A stretch of DNA of 40,860 bases from an uncultured Verrucomicrobiota bacterium. Its GTDB lineage: Bacteria > Verrucomicrobiota > Kiritimatiellia > RFP12 > UBA1067. A model generated the notes under the pieces. The model was given only the letters and a program-made list of their open reading frames with translations, was not told the DNA's origin and ran no database searches. The DNA lies in NCBI GenBank assembly GCA_937901395.1, contig CALCDB010000187.1, forward strand, positions 1 through 40,860, read 5' to 3'. Position 1 is the first letter of the stretch. The number at the start of each line of letters is the position of its first letter. Position numbers and translations under genes: made by a program. This document shows, piece by piece, positions 1 to 9,256 of the stretch.

Positions 1-1
1 C

Positions 2-883
2 ATCGACGCGCCGGAGAAGGGCATCGACTGGAAGGGCAATCCATGCTATCGTTGCGTTGACGACAAGCGTCGCATGGGACCGAAGCCGGGAATGACGAAG
101 GCGGAGGTGAAGGAGATGAAGTACGTCGCGGCGCACAAGAACAGCCGCTTCACCGCTCCGGCCGAGAATTGTCCGGTGCTCGACAAGGCGGGCTTCAACG
201 GCAAGTTCGCGGGCAAGAATACGGGCGTGCCGATCGACGCGATCCTCTTCGGCGGGCGTCGTCCTTCCACGATTCCGTTGGTGAACGAGGCGAAGAGCTG
301 GACGCATGGCGTGTTCATGGGCTCGGCGGCGGGCTCGGAGGTAACGGCGGCGGTAATTTCCGATCAGATCGGTCAGGTTCGTCGCGATCCGATGGCGATG
401 TTGCCGTTCTTCGGATACAACGTCGCGGACTACTTCCAGCACTGGTTGGAGATGGAGCGCACTTCGGCGGATGCGACGAAGCTGCCGAAGATCTACTTCG
501 TGAACTGGTTCCGCAAGACGGCGAAGGGCGAATTCATGTGGCCGGGCTTCGGCGACAACAGCCGCGTGCTGAAGTGGATTTGCCAGCGCATCGAGGGCAA
601 GGTCGGTTGCCAGAAGACGGCGATCGGCAATCTGCCGCTCGTGAAGGACATCGATCTCGCCAACAACACGGGCAAGGATACGGTGAACCCGAAGTTCCTC
701 AAGGAGATTCTGACCGTCGATAAGAAGGGCTGGATCAAGGAGATCGAGACGATCGGAGCGAGCTACGATGATTACGATGCGAAGCCATCGAAGGATTCGA
801 AGGTAGCGTCGAAGACGGCGCATCGCGTTCCGCAGGCGTTGCGCAATGTGCTCGCCGAGGTAACGGCCGCGCTTAAGAAGTAA
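2..883 (+). CDS. pckG: Phosphoenolpyruvate carboxykinase (GTP), C-terminal part; the 5' end lies upstream of the window
   Basis: The frame is open from nt 2 to TAA 881-883. Conserved GTP-PEPCK blocks are present: AAHKNSRFTAPA, FGGRRPSTIPLV, SWTHGVFMGS and GQVRRDPMAMLPFFGYN. Confidence 0.9.
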   Translation: MDAPEKGIDWKGNPCYRCVDDKRRMGPKPGMTKAEVKEMKYVAAHKNSRFTAPAENCPVLDKAGFNGKFAGKNTGVPIDAILFGGRRPSTIPLVNEAKSWTHGVFMGSAAGSEVTAAVISDQIGQVRRDPMAMLPFFGYNVADYFQHWLEMERTSADATKLPKIYFVNWFRKTAKGEFMWPGFGDNSRVLKWICQRIEGKVGCQKTAIGNLPLVKDIDLANNTGKDTVNPKFLKEILTVDKKGWIKEIETIGASYDDYDAKPSKDSKVASKTAHRVPQALRNVLAEVTAALKK

Positions 884-910
884 GCGTCAAAACCGATAGA
901 ATCGGAAACG

Positions 911-943
911 GGGCGCGGCAATACAACATATCATCGCCGCGCC
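911..943 (+). terminator. GC-rich hairpin after pckG (GGGCGCGGC-15 nt-GCCGCGCCC)
   Basis: A perfect 9-bp inverted repeat lies in the 90-nt gap between pckG and the next gene. The loop is large and there is no clear T-tract, so this is only terminator-like. Confidence 0.35.
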
Positions 944-973
944 CTTAACAATGTAAACGAGGAGAGAGTAAAG

Positions 974-2473
974 ATGGAAGCCATTCAACTGAACCTTACC
1001 GATATCGCCGACTTCCTGAAGAAGTCGCGGGAGAGCTGGACGAAAGCGGATATCAAGCGCTTCATCAAGGCGAAGGAGATAAAGCACGTCAATTTCATGT
1101 ACGCCGGCGGGGATGGTCGGCTCAAGACCCTGAACTTCGTGGTCACCGACGCGGCGTATCTCGACGAGATTCTCACGTGCGGGGAGCGGGTTGACGGCTC
1201 TTCGCTCTTTTCCTACATCGAGGCGTCAAGTTCCGATCTATACGTGATACCGCGTTATTCCACGGCGTTCGTGGATCCATTCGCGGTATTGCCGACATTG
1301 TGCATGCTCTGCTCGTTCTTCAACAAGGATGGCGAGCCATTGGAGAGCGCGCCGGAGTGGACGCTCAAGAAGGCGTGCGATGCCTTCACGAAGAAGACGG
1401 GGATGGAGTTTCAGGCGATGGGCGAGCTTGAGTATTACGTGATTGCGCCAGACCCCAAGAGCTTTCCGGCGAAGGATCAGAAGGGCTATCACGAGAGCGC
1501 GCCATTCGCGAAGTTCGGGGAGTTTCGTCAGCAATGCATGTTGGCGATCGCGCAGGCGGGCGGCAAGATCAAGTATGGCCACAGCGAAGTAGGCAATTTC
1601 ACGCAAGCGGGCATGATCTACGAGCAGAACGAGATCGAGTTTCTGCCGTGCGCGGCGCAAGACGCGGCGAACCAGCTGACGATCGCGAAGTGGATGATTC
1701 GCAACCTGGGAGCGAAATACGGGTATGACGTAACCTTCGCGCCGAAGATCACCGTGGGCAAGGCGGGTTCGGGGCTGCATATCCACATGAGGATAATGAA
1801 GAACGGCGCGAATCAGATGCTCAAGGGCGGGGCGATCAGCGATACGGCGAAGCGGGCGATCGCGGGGATGATGAAACTCGCGCCTTCGATTACCGCCTTC
1901 GGGAACATGAACCCTACGAGTTACCTGCGGTTGGTTCCGCATCAGGAGGCGCCGACCAACGTATGTTGGGGAGACCGCAATCGTTCGGTTCTGGTGCGCG
2001 TTCCGTTGGGGTGGTCGGGCAAGGTGGATATGTGCAAGAAGGCCAATCCAAAGGAGACAGCCTCGTTATACGATACGCATCAAAAGCAGACGGTGGAGAT
2101 GCGTTCGCCAGACGCTTCGGCGAATGTGTATTTATTGATGGCGGCTCTGGCGGTGGCGTGCAGATATGGCTTCACGCTCAGCGATGGCGTGAAGATCGCG
2201 AATGCGACTTACGTGAACGTGAACATCCACAAGGCGGAGAACGCGAAGTTGTTGAAATCGCTCGCCACATTGCCGGATAGCTGCGCGGCCTCAGCCGATG
2301 TGCTCGCCAAGCAGAGGGCGATTTACGAGGCGGAAGGCGTATTCTCGCCGACGATGATCGACGGGATAATCCGCGAGCTGAAGGCGTTCGACGATCGCAC
2401 ATTACGGGCGAAGGTAACGAAGAACGCGAAGGCGATGGCGGAGTTGGTGAATACGTATTTCCATTGCGGCTGA
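974..2473 (+). CDS. glnA: Glutamine synthetase family protein (about 500-aa form)
   Basis: 499-aa ORF with a GGAGAG Shine-Dalgarno upstream. It carries a GS catalytic-domain signature (GKAGSGLHIHMRI, NEIEFLPCAAQDAANQ, NPTSYLRLVPHQEAPTNVCWGDRNRS). Confidence 0.8.
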   Translation: MEAIQLNLTDIADFLKKSRESWTKADIKRFIKAKEIKHVNFMYAGGDGRLKTLNFVVTDAAYLDEILTCGERVDGSSLFSYIEASSSDLYVIPRYSTAFVDPFAVLPTLCMLCSFFNKDGEPLESAPEWTLKKACDAFTKKTGMEFQAMGELEYYVIAPDPKSFPAKDQKGYHESAPFAKFGEFRQQCMLAIAQAGGKIKYGHSEVGNFTQAGMIYEQNEIEFLPCAAQDAANQLTIAKWMIRNLGAKYGYDVTFAPKITVGKAGSGLHIHMRIMKNGANQMLKGGAISDTAKRAIAGMMKLAPSITAFGNMNPTSYLRLVPHQEAPTNVCWGDRNRSVLVRVPLGWSGKVDMCKKANPKETASLYDTHQKQTVEMRSPDASANVYLLMAALAVACRYGFTLSDGVKIANATYVNVNIHKAENAKLLKSLATLPDSCAASADVLAKQRAIYEAEGVFSPTMIDGIIRELKAFDDRTLRAKVTKNAKAMAELVNTYFHCG

Positions 2474-4098
2474 TGGCGAAGCGGACGGATCATTCGGGCA
2501 TGCGGAGGGGAGCGCAGGCATTAGCCGAAAGTTTGGAGCGGGCTGGCGCGGAAGTAGTGTTCGGCTATCCTGGCGGCAATGTGCTGGATATCTTCGACGC
2601 GGTTAGGAGCGCAAAATTTCGCTTCGTGTTGGCGCGTCACGAGCAAGGCGCGGTACACATGGCCGATGGGTATGCGCGCACGTTGGGGCGGCCGGGAACG
2701 GTATTGGTAACGAGCGGCCCCGGATTGACGAACACGATTACGGGGCTTGGGGCCGCGAATATGGATGGCGTACCCATAGTGCTGATTTGCGGCCAGGTAC
2801 CGCTATCGCAGATTGGCACCGACGCATTTCAAGAGGCGGATACGACGGGTCTGACGAGGGCGGTATCGAAGCACAACTTCTTGGTGAAGAGCGCGGACGA
2901 AATACCCGAGACGATCGCGCAGGCGTATTACATCGCCACGCACGGCAAGCCGGGCGTGGTGGTGATCGACATCCCACGAGATTGTCAGCAGGCCTTAACC
3001 AAAGCGAGATATCCGGAAAGGATTTCGCTGCGCGCGTATCATCCGGAACACTCGGCATCGTCGCGAGAGGTGAATCGTCTCGCCAAGTTGCTGAACGTGG
3101 CGAAGCGGCCGGTAATATACGCTGGAGGCGGAGTAATCGCGGCGGAGGCGTCGAGGGACGTGACGGCACTCGCCCACAAGGCGCAGATACCCGTAGTGAC
3201 TTCGATGATGGGAATCGGTTCGATAGACGAGCACGACGAATTAGCGCTTAGGATGGCGGGGCTATATGGGAACGCGGCGGCGAACGCGGCGATCAAGGAG
3301 GCGGATGTAATACTCGCCTTGGGGGTTCGCTTCAACGATCGCACTACGGATGAGAAGGGCAAGTTCGGGGGCAAGGCGAAGATCGTGCAGGTTGATTGCG
3401 ACCCATCTTCCATCAACAAGAACGTGACCGTCGATCTCGGAATCGTGGCGGACATCAAGGACTTGCTGACGACGGTCAATTCGCGGATACATCCAAATCA
3501 ACATTCGGAATGGGTCAAGCATCTTACGGGGCTTGATCACGAGGCGAAGAAGAGCACGAGCGGAGCGATATCGCCGCGAGCGGTAGTGGAGGCGGTATAC
3601 AAGGCGAAGAATGGAGATATAATATTGGCGACGGATGTAGGCGAACATCAGCTTTACGCGGCGCGATATTTTCGGCACGTCTATCCGCGACACTTTCTTT
3701 CGTCCGGCGGGATGGGCGCGATGGGCTTCGGCATACCGGCAGCGATAGGCGCGGCGATTGCGCGGCCGAATCACAAGGTAGTTGCGCTGATTGGCGATGG
3801 CGGGGCGCAGATGACCGCGGAGGAGCTGATGGTAGCGGCGGAATTGAAGCTACCAGTCGCCTTCATCGTGTTCAACAATGGCGAGCTCGGGTTGGTGAAG
3901 CGCATGCAGGAAGAGTTCGTTGGCGGCAGGTATTTCGCCACCGAACTCAGAAACCCGAATTTCGTAAAGCTTGCGCAGGCGTATGGAATTCGCGGGATGC
4001 GCATAAGCGCGGCGAAGAACTTGGAGAGCGAGATTGCGAAGGCGATACGCTATAATGGACCAGTATTGGTGGATGTGAGAATCGGGGAGGGCGGATGA
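2473..4098 (+). CDS. ilvB: Acetolactate synthase large (catalytic) subunit, ThDP-dependent
   Basis: N-terminus GAQALAESLERAGAEVVFGYPGGNVLDIFDA and ThDP motif IGDGGAQMTAEEL..NNGELG. ATG 2473 overlaps the upstream TGA (ATGA). The track ORF begins at TTG 2464. The ACT small subunit lies immediately downstream. Confidence 0.9.
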   Translation: MAKRTDHSGMRRGAQALAESLERAGAEVVFGYPGGNVLDIFDAVRSAKFRFVLARHEQGAVHMADGYARTLGRPGTVLVTSGPGLTNTITGLGAANMDGVPIVLICGQVPLSQIGTDAFQEADTTGLTRAVSKHNFLVKSADEIPETIAQAYYIATHGKPGVVVIDIPRDCQQALTKARYPERISLRAYHPEHSASSREVNRLAKLLNVAKRPVIYAGGGVIAAEASRDVTALAHKAQIPVVTSMMGIGSIDEHDELALRMAGLYGNAAANAAIKEADVILALGVRFNDRTTDEKGKFGGKAKIVQVDCDPSSINKNVTVDLGIVADIKDLLTTVNSRIHPNQHSEWVKHLTGLDHEAKKSTSGAISPRAVVEAVYKAKNGDIILATDVGEHQLYAARYFRHVYPRHFLSSGGMGAMGFGIPAAIGAAIARPNHKVVALIGDGGAQMTAEELMVAAELKLPVAFIVFNNGELGLVKRMQEEFVGGRYFATELRNPNFVKLAQAYGIRGMRISAAKNLESEIAKAIRYNGPVLVDVRIGEGG

Positions 4099-4343
4099 TG
4101 CGCGAGGAGACATATCGACTAAATTGCTTCGTGGAGAACAAGCCGGGCGTATTGGCGCGGATTGTGGGACTAATCTCCGGGCGTGGCTACAACATTCAGA
4201 TGTTGAACGTAGGGCCGACGGAAGACGGCACCGTTTCGCGGATGAAGATTGACGTTCTGGGCAACGAGAAAGTCGTGAAGCAGATCATCCTGCAGTTGCG
4301 GAACTGCGTGAACGTAATCGAGGTAACATCAAGGCGGATGTAA
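4095..4343 (+). CDS. ilvN: Acetolactate synthase small (regulatory) subunit, ACT-domain-only short form
   Basis: 82 aa with ACT-domain sequence FVENKPGVLARIVGLISGRGYNIQMLNVGPTED. ATGA overlap with ilvB. Confidence 0.8.
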   Translation: MMREETYRLNCFVENKPGVLARIVGLISGRGYNIQMLNVGPTEDGTVSRMKIDVLGNEKVVKQIILQLRNCVNVIEVTSRRM

Positions 4344-4346
4344 GCG

Positions 4347-5237
4347 ATGCGCCTCGATAAGCACATCCTCGAATCGCACCCCGACTTCTCGCGCTCGCGA
4401 ATCGAGGGGCTAATCAAGGCCGGCTTCGTAACGGTGAATGGAGCGACGGCGGAGAAGGCGGGAATGAAGGTAGGGGAAGATGACGAAATAATCGTGGAGA
4501 TTCCGCCGCCAGTTCCGGCGATTCCAGAACCAGAGGAGATAGCGATTGACATCGTTTACGAAGATGAGGATATAATCGTAATCAACAAGCGAGCGGGCAT
4601 GGTGGTTCATCCGGCGCCGGGTCATTTTACAGGTACGCTCGTGAATGCGCTTTTACATCATCTGCCGAACCTATCGGGGATTGGCGGAGTAGCGCGGCCT
4701 GGCATCGTGCATCGTCTCGATCAAGATACGAGCGGGCTAATCGTAGTAGCGAAATCGCAAATGGCGATGGATGGTCTTGTGAAGGCGTTTTCCACGCACA
4801 AGGGGATAACGAAGACGTATCTCGCGATCTGTCACGGCAAGATGAGGGAGCTATCGGGGAGGATCGAGAATCTGATAGGGCGGCACGCGGTTGATCGCAA
4901 GCGCATGGCGATAGTCGAGAAGAATGGAAAGTTGGCGATCACGAATTGGAAAGTGCTGGCGAAGAAGCAAGATAAGGCGATTGGACTTTCGTTAGTGGAA
5001 TGTCAGATCGAAACAGGGCGAACGCATCAAATACGCGTACATCTTTCGAGCATAGGCGCACCGATCATCGGTGATAAGACCTATGGGAAGAGCGCGCTTG
5101 ACAAGAAACTCACGCCGCTGCCGGAGCGACAGATGCTACACGCGTGGAAACTCAGTCTTCGCCATCCGGTGCGCGGGGAGGAGATGGAGTTCACGGCGCC
5201 AATTCCAGATGATATGAAGAGCTATAATTTGATATAA
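4347..5237 (+). CDS. rluD: RluA-family 23S rRNA pseudouridine synthase with N-terminal S4 domain (RluD-like)
   Basis: S4-like N-terminus (RLDKHILE..SRSRIEGLIKAGFVTVNG). Catalytic motif HRLDQDTSGLIVVAK and C-terminal GRTHQIRVH. Confidence 0.85.
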   Translation: MRLDKHILESHPDFSRSRIEGLIKAGFVTVNGATAEKAGMKVGEDDEIIVEIPPPVPAIPEPEEIAIDIVYEDEDIIVINKRAGMVVHPAPGHFTGTLVNALLHHLPNLSGIGGVARPGIVHRLDQDTSGLIVVAKSQMAMDGLVKAFSTHKGITKTYLAICHGKMRELSGRIENLIGRHAVDRKRMAIVEKNGKLAITNWKVLAKKQDKAIGLSLVECQIETGRTHQIRVHLSSIGAPIIGDKTYGKSALDKKLTPLPERQMLHAWKLSLRHPVRGEEMEFTAPIPDDMKSYNLI

Positions 5238-5238
5238 T
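5230..5238 (+). promoter_or_regulatory. Extended -10 box TGATATAAT overlapping the rluD stop codon
   Basis: Exact 9-mer, 4 nt upstream of ATG 5243 and 10 nt upstream of the in-frame ATG 5249. No experimental support. Confidence 0.3.
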
Positions 5239-5242
5239 AAAG

Positions 5243-5677
5243 ATGAACATGAACGAAAACGAATCGATAGTATCGTTGCTGCAAGCGGCGCAGGAGAAGC
5301 ATGGCTACCTGCCGAAAGACGTAATCTACGCGATTGCGGAGCGGAGCGGAGTATCGCCCGCCAAGGTAATGGGGGTAGCTACATTCTATTCGCAATTTCG
5401 TCTACAGCCGGTAGGCAAATACGTAATCATGCTTTGCAAGGGAACGGCATGTCACGTAAACGGGGCGGATATGATCGCGAAGGCGATTCGCGAAGAGTTG
5501 GGCATCGGCGATGGCGAGACGACGAAGGATGGGCTTTTCACCTTGAAGTTCGTGGCGTGCTTGGGTTGTTGCTCGCTTTCGCCCGTGATGATGGTGAACG
5601 AGACGGCGTTCGGTTCGCTGACGGAGGAGAAGGCGAAGGAAATATTGCGCAAGATCAAGGCGGAGGGGATGCAATGA
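5243..5677 (+). CDS. NuoE/HydC-like thioredoxin-fold [2Fe-2S] ferredoxin subunit
   Basis: 144 aa with NuoE-type Cys pattern (LCKGTACHVNG ... ACLGCCSLSP) and the typical N-terminal HGYLP motif. Confidence 0.85.
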   Translation: MNMNENESIVSLLQAAQEKHGYLPKDVIYAIAERSGVSPAKVMGVATFYSQFRLQPVGKYVIMLCKGTACHVNGADMIAKAIREELGIGDGETTKDGLFTLKFVACLGCCSLSPVMMVNETAFGSLTEEKAKEILRKIKAEGMQ

Positions 5678-7293
5678 GAATCGTCGTAGGCGAGGGGAGT
5701 TGCGGAATTGCGGCTGGTGCGCTCAAGGTGCACAAGGCGTTGGAAAAGCGCGGAGCGAAAGTGGAGATCGTAGGGTGCATAGGGATGTGCTACTTAGAGC
5801 CAATCGTCGATCTATACGAAGGCGACGAATTGAAGGCGCGACTCGTAAAGGTAAAGGAGGAAGATGCCGAGAGGATTCTCGAAGCGATAAAGGCGGGTGA
5901 ACTCGGGCGGCTTGAAGATTTGATGATCGCGCCAGAAGACGAAAGCTTCCTCGACAAGCAAACGCGCATCGCTTTGCGGAATTGCGGAGTGATTGATCCA
6001 GAAGCGATTGAAAGCTATCGCCGACGCGGTGGGTATCAGGCGATTGCGAAAGTGCGCTCGACGATGACGCCAGAGCAGGTAATCGAAGAGATAAAGCTTT
6101 CCGGGCTGGCCGGGCGAGGCGGAGCGGGCTTCCCGACATGGTTCAAGTGGAATGCGGCGCGCAAGGCGAAAGGCGAGAGGAAGTTCCTAATTTGCAATGC
6201 GGACGAGGGGGACCCAGGCGCATTCATGGATCGCGCGGTAATCGAGTCGGATCCGCATTCGCTCATCGAGGGAATGCTAATCGCCGCGTACGCGATAGGC
6301 GCGAAGGAAGCGTTCGTGTATGTGCGAGCGGAATATCCACTCGCGATCAAGCGGCTCAGCAAGGCGATTGACGATGCGGTTAAGGCGGGGATTATGGGCG
6401 AGACGAAGCTTTCCATCAAGGCCGGTGCGGGCGCGTTCGTATGCGGCGAAGAGACGGCGTTGATCGAATCGCTGGAAGGCAACCGAGGAATGCCGCGCTT
6501 GAAGCCACCCTTCCCCGCGGAGAAGGGCTATCTCAACGCGCCTTCCAACATCAACAACGTGGAGACCTTCGCGAACGTAGCGTGGATCATCAACAATGGC
6601 GGAGCGGCCTTCGCGGCGATGGGGACGGAAAACTCGAAAGGGACGAAAGTGTTTGCGCTGACGGGGAAGGTACGTCGAGGAGGGCTTGTAGAGGTTCCGA
6701 TGGGGCTAACGCTAAGAGACGTAATCTTCGATATCGGCGGGGGAATACGCGCGGGCAAGAGATTTAAGGCGGTGCAGATGGGCGGGCCATCGGGAGGGTG
6801 CATACCAGAGCGATTGTTGGATACGCCCATCGACTACAAGGAATTGGCGGCGACTGGGGCGATTATGGGATCTGGCGGAATGGTAGTTATGGACGAATCG
6901 ACCTGCATGGTAAATATGGCGCGTTTCTTTCTCGACTTCACCGCGAAGGAGAGTTGCGGCAAGTGCGTGCATTGCAGAATCGGTACGAAGCGGCTAAACG
7001 AGATATTAACGCGCATCACCGCGGGTAAGGGCAAGGAAGGCGACGTAGAGCTACTGGAAGAATTGTGCTTGGGAATCAAGGATGGCGCGCTTTGCGGCTT
7101 AGGCCAGACGGCGCCCAATCCAGTATTGACCACAATACGATATTTTCGCGAAGAATACGATCAGCACATCAAAGAGAGGCGATGCGCGGCGGGGGAATGT
7201 AAGGCCTTGAGAGTATTCACGATTGACACGAAGAAATGCGTGCGGTGCGGAGCATGCAAGGGAGCTTGCAAATTTGGAGCGATCAATGGTTAA
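5674..7293 (+). CDS. NuoF/HydB-like NAD(H)-binding FMN/Fe-S flavoprotein subunit with N-terminal thioredoxin-like domain
   Basis: ATG 5674 overlaps the upstream TGA (ATGA). GLAGRGGAGFPTWFKW and CNADEGDPGAFMDR are 51-kDa-subunit motifs. Cluster motif ESCGKCVHCRIG. C-terminal CVRCGACKGAC. The track ORF start at 5434 is an out-of-context extension. Confidence 0.85.
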   Translation: MRIVVGEGSCGIAAGALKVHKALEKRGAKVEIVGCIGMCYLEPIVDLYEGDELKARLVKVKEEDAERILEAIKAGELGRLEDLMIAPEDESFLDKQTRIALRNCGVIDPEAIESYRRRGGYQAIAKVRSTMTPEQVIEEIKLSGLAGRGGAGFPTWFKWNAARKAKGERKFLICNADEGDPGAFMDRAVIESDPHSLIEGMLIAAYAIGAKEAFVYVRAEYPLAIKRLSKAIDDAVKAGIMGETKLSIKAGAGAFVCGEETALIESLEGNRGMPRLKPPFPAEKGYLNAPSNINNVETFANVAWIINNGGAAFAAMGTENSKGTKVFALTGKVRRGGLVEVPMGLTLRDVIFDIGGGIRAGKRFKAVQMGGPSGGCIPERLLDTPIDYKELAATGAIMGSGGMVVMDESTCMVNMARFFLDFTAKESCGKCVHCRIGTKRLNEILTRITAGKGKEGDVELLEELCLGIKDGALCGLGQTAPNPVLTTIRYFREEYDQHIKERRCAAGECKALRVFTIDTKKCVRCGACKGACKFGAING

Positions 7294-9256
7294 GCTTACG
7301 ATAGATGGCGTAGAGGTAAGCGCGAAAGAAGGCGCGACGATTCTCGAGGCGGCGAGCGCGGCGGGAATCGAAATACCGAATCTCTGCTTCATGAAGGCGC
7401 TTTCGCCTTATGGGGCGTGCGGGGTATGCGTAGTTGAGGTAGAGAAAGTTCCGAAACTACTGAGAGCGTGCGCTACGAAAGTAGCCGAAGGGATGGTAGT
7501 AGCCACGAAAAGCGAACGGGCGTTCAAGGCGCGGAAGTTGGCACTCGAATTATTGATGGGCGATCATGATGGAGATTGTCAGGGGCCGTGCAAGTTGAAT
7601 TGTCCAGCACATACGGATTGTCAGAAATACGTAAAAGAGATTGCGGAAGGACGCTTCGCGGATGCGGTAAAAACCGTGAAAGAAGTTTTTCCATTGCCGG
7701 CTTCGATTGGCAGGGTGTGTCCGCATCCATGTGAGCGGCATTGTCGCCGAGCATTAGTGGAAGAGCCGCTTTCGATTGCGGCATTGAAGGCATTTGCGGC
7801 GGATTGGGTTCGCGAACATGGGGAAGAGGCGGCGAGCGAGAAAGCGGCGGAGACGGGGAAGCGCGTAAGCATCATCGGCGGGGGCCCGGCGGGGCTGACC
7901 GCGGCGATGCGGCTCGCGAAGGACGGGCATGCGGTAACGATTTACGAGCAGATGTCGGAGATGGGCGGTATGCTACGTTACGGCATTCCCGCGTATCGTC
8001 TACCCAAGGATGTGCTCAAATACGAAACCGATTTGATTGCGGCTATGGGGGTAAAGTTCGTAAATGATTTCAAGATTGGCCGCGAAGCGACATTAGAGGA
8101 GCTACGCAAGAATTGCGACGCGATGATCATAGCGAATGGCGCATGGAGATCGACACCGATGAAAGTAAAGGGCGCGCAATTAGAAGGCGTAATCGGCGGG
8201 ATTGATTTTCTGCGAGCGGTGGCGATGGGGAAAAGCGTGAAACTCGGCAAGAGGGTAGCAATCGTTGGCGGCGGAAACACGGCGATGGATGCGTGCAGGA
8301 CGGCGAAGAGATTAGGCGCGGAGGAAGTTTCGATACTATATCGGCGCACGCGCGAGGAGATGCCAGCCGAGGAATTCGAGATTGAGAGCGCGGAAAAAGA
8401 AGGCGTGATATTTCGTTATCTGCGCAACCCCGAAGAGATCATCGGCAAAGACGGCGCGGTAAGCGGGGTGAAATTGCAAGTAATGGAACTCGGCGAGCGA
8501 GATGAACGCGGGAGGAGACGTCCGATTCCAATAGCAGGCAAATACGAGACATTACCGATGGATACGGTAATCATCGCAGTTGGTCAGCAGAACGACGCAG
8601 AGGGCTTCGAGATGCTGCCGACTACCGAGCGGGGAACGATAGTTGCGGACGAGCAAGATTATTCAACGCCGATAGCGGGAGTATTCGCCTGTGGAGACAA
8701 CGTCAATCGCGGAGCGGATATCGCAATCAATGCGATAGCCAAGGCGAACATCGCAGCGATGGGAGTGGATGCATATTTGCGCGGCGAGAAATATTCCGCA
8801 CCGAAGATAGTGGTTTCGGAGCGGGAAGTAACGGCGCGGGACTATCGCGAACACAAGCGGCAACCACGAATAGCGACATTGACCACGCCGGCGGAGGCGC
8901 AGGCGGAAGCGAGGCGATGCCTCGAATGCGGGTGCAATGATTTTAGCGAATGCAAGTTAATACGCTACGCGAATCAGTATAAGAGCGACGTGAAGCGGCT
9001 TAAGGGAGAGTATCATCCTGGGTTCGTCGAGCGCGAGTTAAGGGTAATCGAGCGGAATCAGCGCAAGTGCATTGGGTGCAATCAATGCGTGAGGGCATGC
9101 GAAGAATTGGCGAAAAAGGGCATCCTAGGATTGGTTGGCCGCGGATTCAAGACGGTAATCAAGCCAGAATTTCGTGATGCAAAGGTAATTCAGGAGTGCG
9201 GGGCTTGTCATCTTTGCGTAGATAATTGTCCAACAGGGGCATTATATATAGTATAA
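7286..9256 (+). CDS. Fusion Fe-S/flavoprotein: NuoG/HydA-type N-terminal [2Fe-2S] plus His/Cys cluster, GltD/NfnB-like NAD(P)H FAD oxidoreductase core, and C-terminal Cys-cluster region
   Basis: N-terminus MVKLTIDGVEV..CFMKALSPYGACGVCVVEV, then HDGDCQGPCKLNC. GltD-like GRVCPHPCERHCRR, dinucleotide folds VSIIGGGPAGL and VAIVGGGNTAMD. C-terminal CLECGCNDFSEC, CIGCNQCVRAC and CGACHLCVDNCP. It overlaps the upstream gene by 8 nt. Confidence 0.8.
   Translation: MVKLTIDGVEVSAKEGATILEAASAAGIEIPNLCFMKALSPYGACGVCVVEVEKVPKLLRACATKVAEGMVVATKSERAFKARKLALELLMGDHDGDCQGPCKLNCPAHTDCQKYVKEIAEGRFADAVKTVKEVFPLPASIGRVCPHPCERHCRRALVEEPLSIAALKAFAADWVREHGEEAASEKAAETGKRVSIIGGGPAGLTAAMRLAKDGHAVTIYEQMSEMGGMLRYGIPAYRLPKDVLKYETDLIAAMGVKFVNDFKIGREATLEELRKNCDAMIIANGAWRSTPMKVKGAQLEGVIGGIDFLRAVAMGKSVKLGKRVAIVGGGNTAMDACRTAKRLGAEEVSILYRRTREEMPAEEFEIESAEKEGVIFRYLRNPEEIIGKDGAVSGVKLQVMELGERDERGRRRPIPIAGKYETLPMDTVIIAVGQQNDAEGFEMLPTTERGTIVADEQDYSTPIAGVFACGDNVNRGADIAINAIAKANIAAMGVDAYLRGEKYSAPKIVVSEREVTARDYREHKRQPRIATLTTPAEAQAEARRCLECGCNDFSECKLIRYANQYKSDVKRLKGEYHPGFVERELRVIERNQRKCIGCNQCVRACEELAKKGILGLVGRGFKTVIKPEFRDAKVIQECGACHLCVDNCPTGALYIV

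Noticed and set aside
1238-1942. 234-aa - strand ORF inside the glutamine synthetase gene.
   Set aside because: It is Arg/Leu/His-rich with low complexity and no recognisable motif, and it is fully antisense to a gene with strong homology signatures. This is a typical shadow ORF in GC-rich coding DNA.
4568-4579. GATATAAT strings inside coding sequence (about 4571 in rluD, about 40057 in the third RluA gene, about 3614 in ilvB).
   Set aside because: They lack the TG of the extended -10. In the RluA genes they arise from the conserved D-I-I-V codons, so they are not counted as promoter boxes.
5434-5673. The track ORF extends the NuoF-like gene 80 codons upstream (MQGNGMSRKRGGYDREGD...), overlapping the NuoE-like gene.
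   Set aside because: The extension is Arg/Gly-rich out-of-frame read-through of the NuoE-like coding sequence. An ATG at 5674 forms an ATGA overlap with the upstream stop and begins the conserved domain. The same logic moves the next gene's start from 7223 to 7286.
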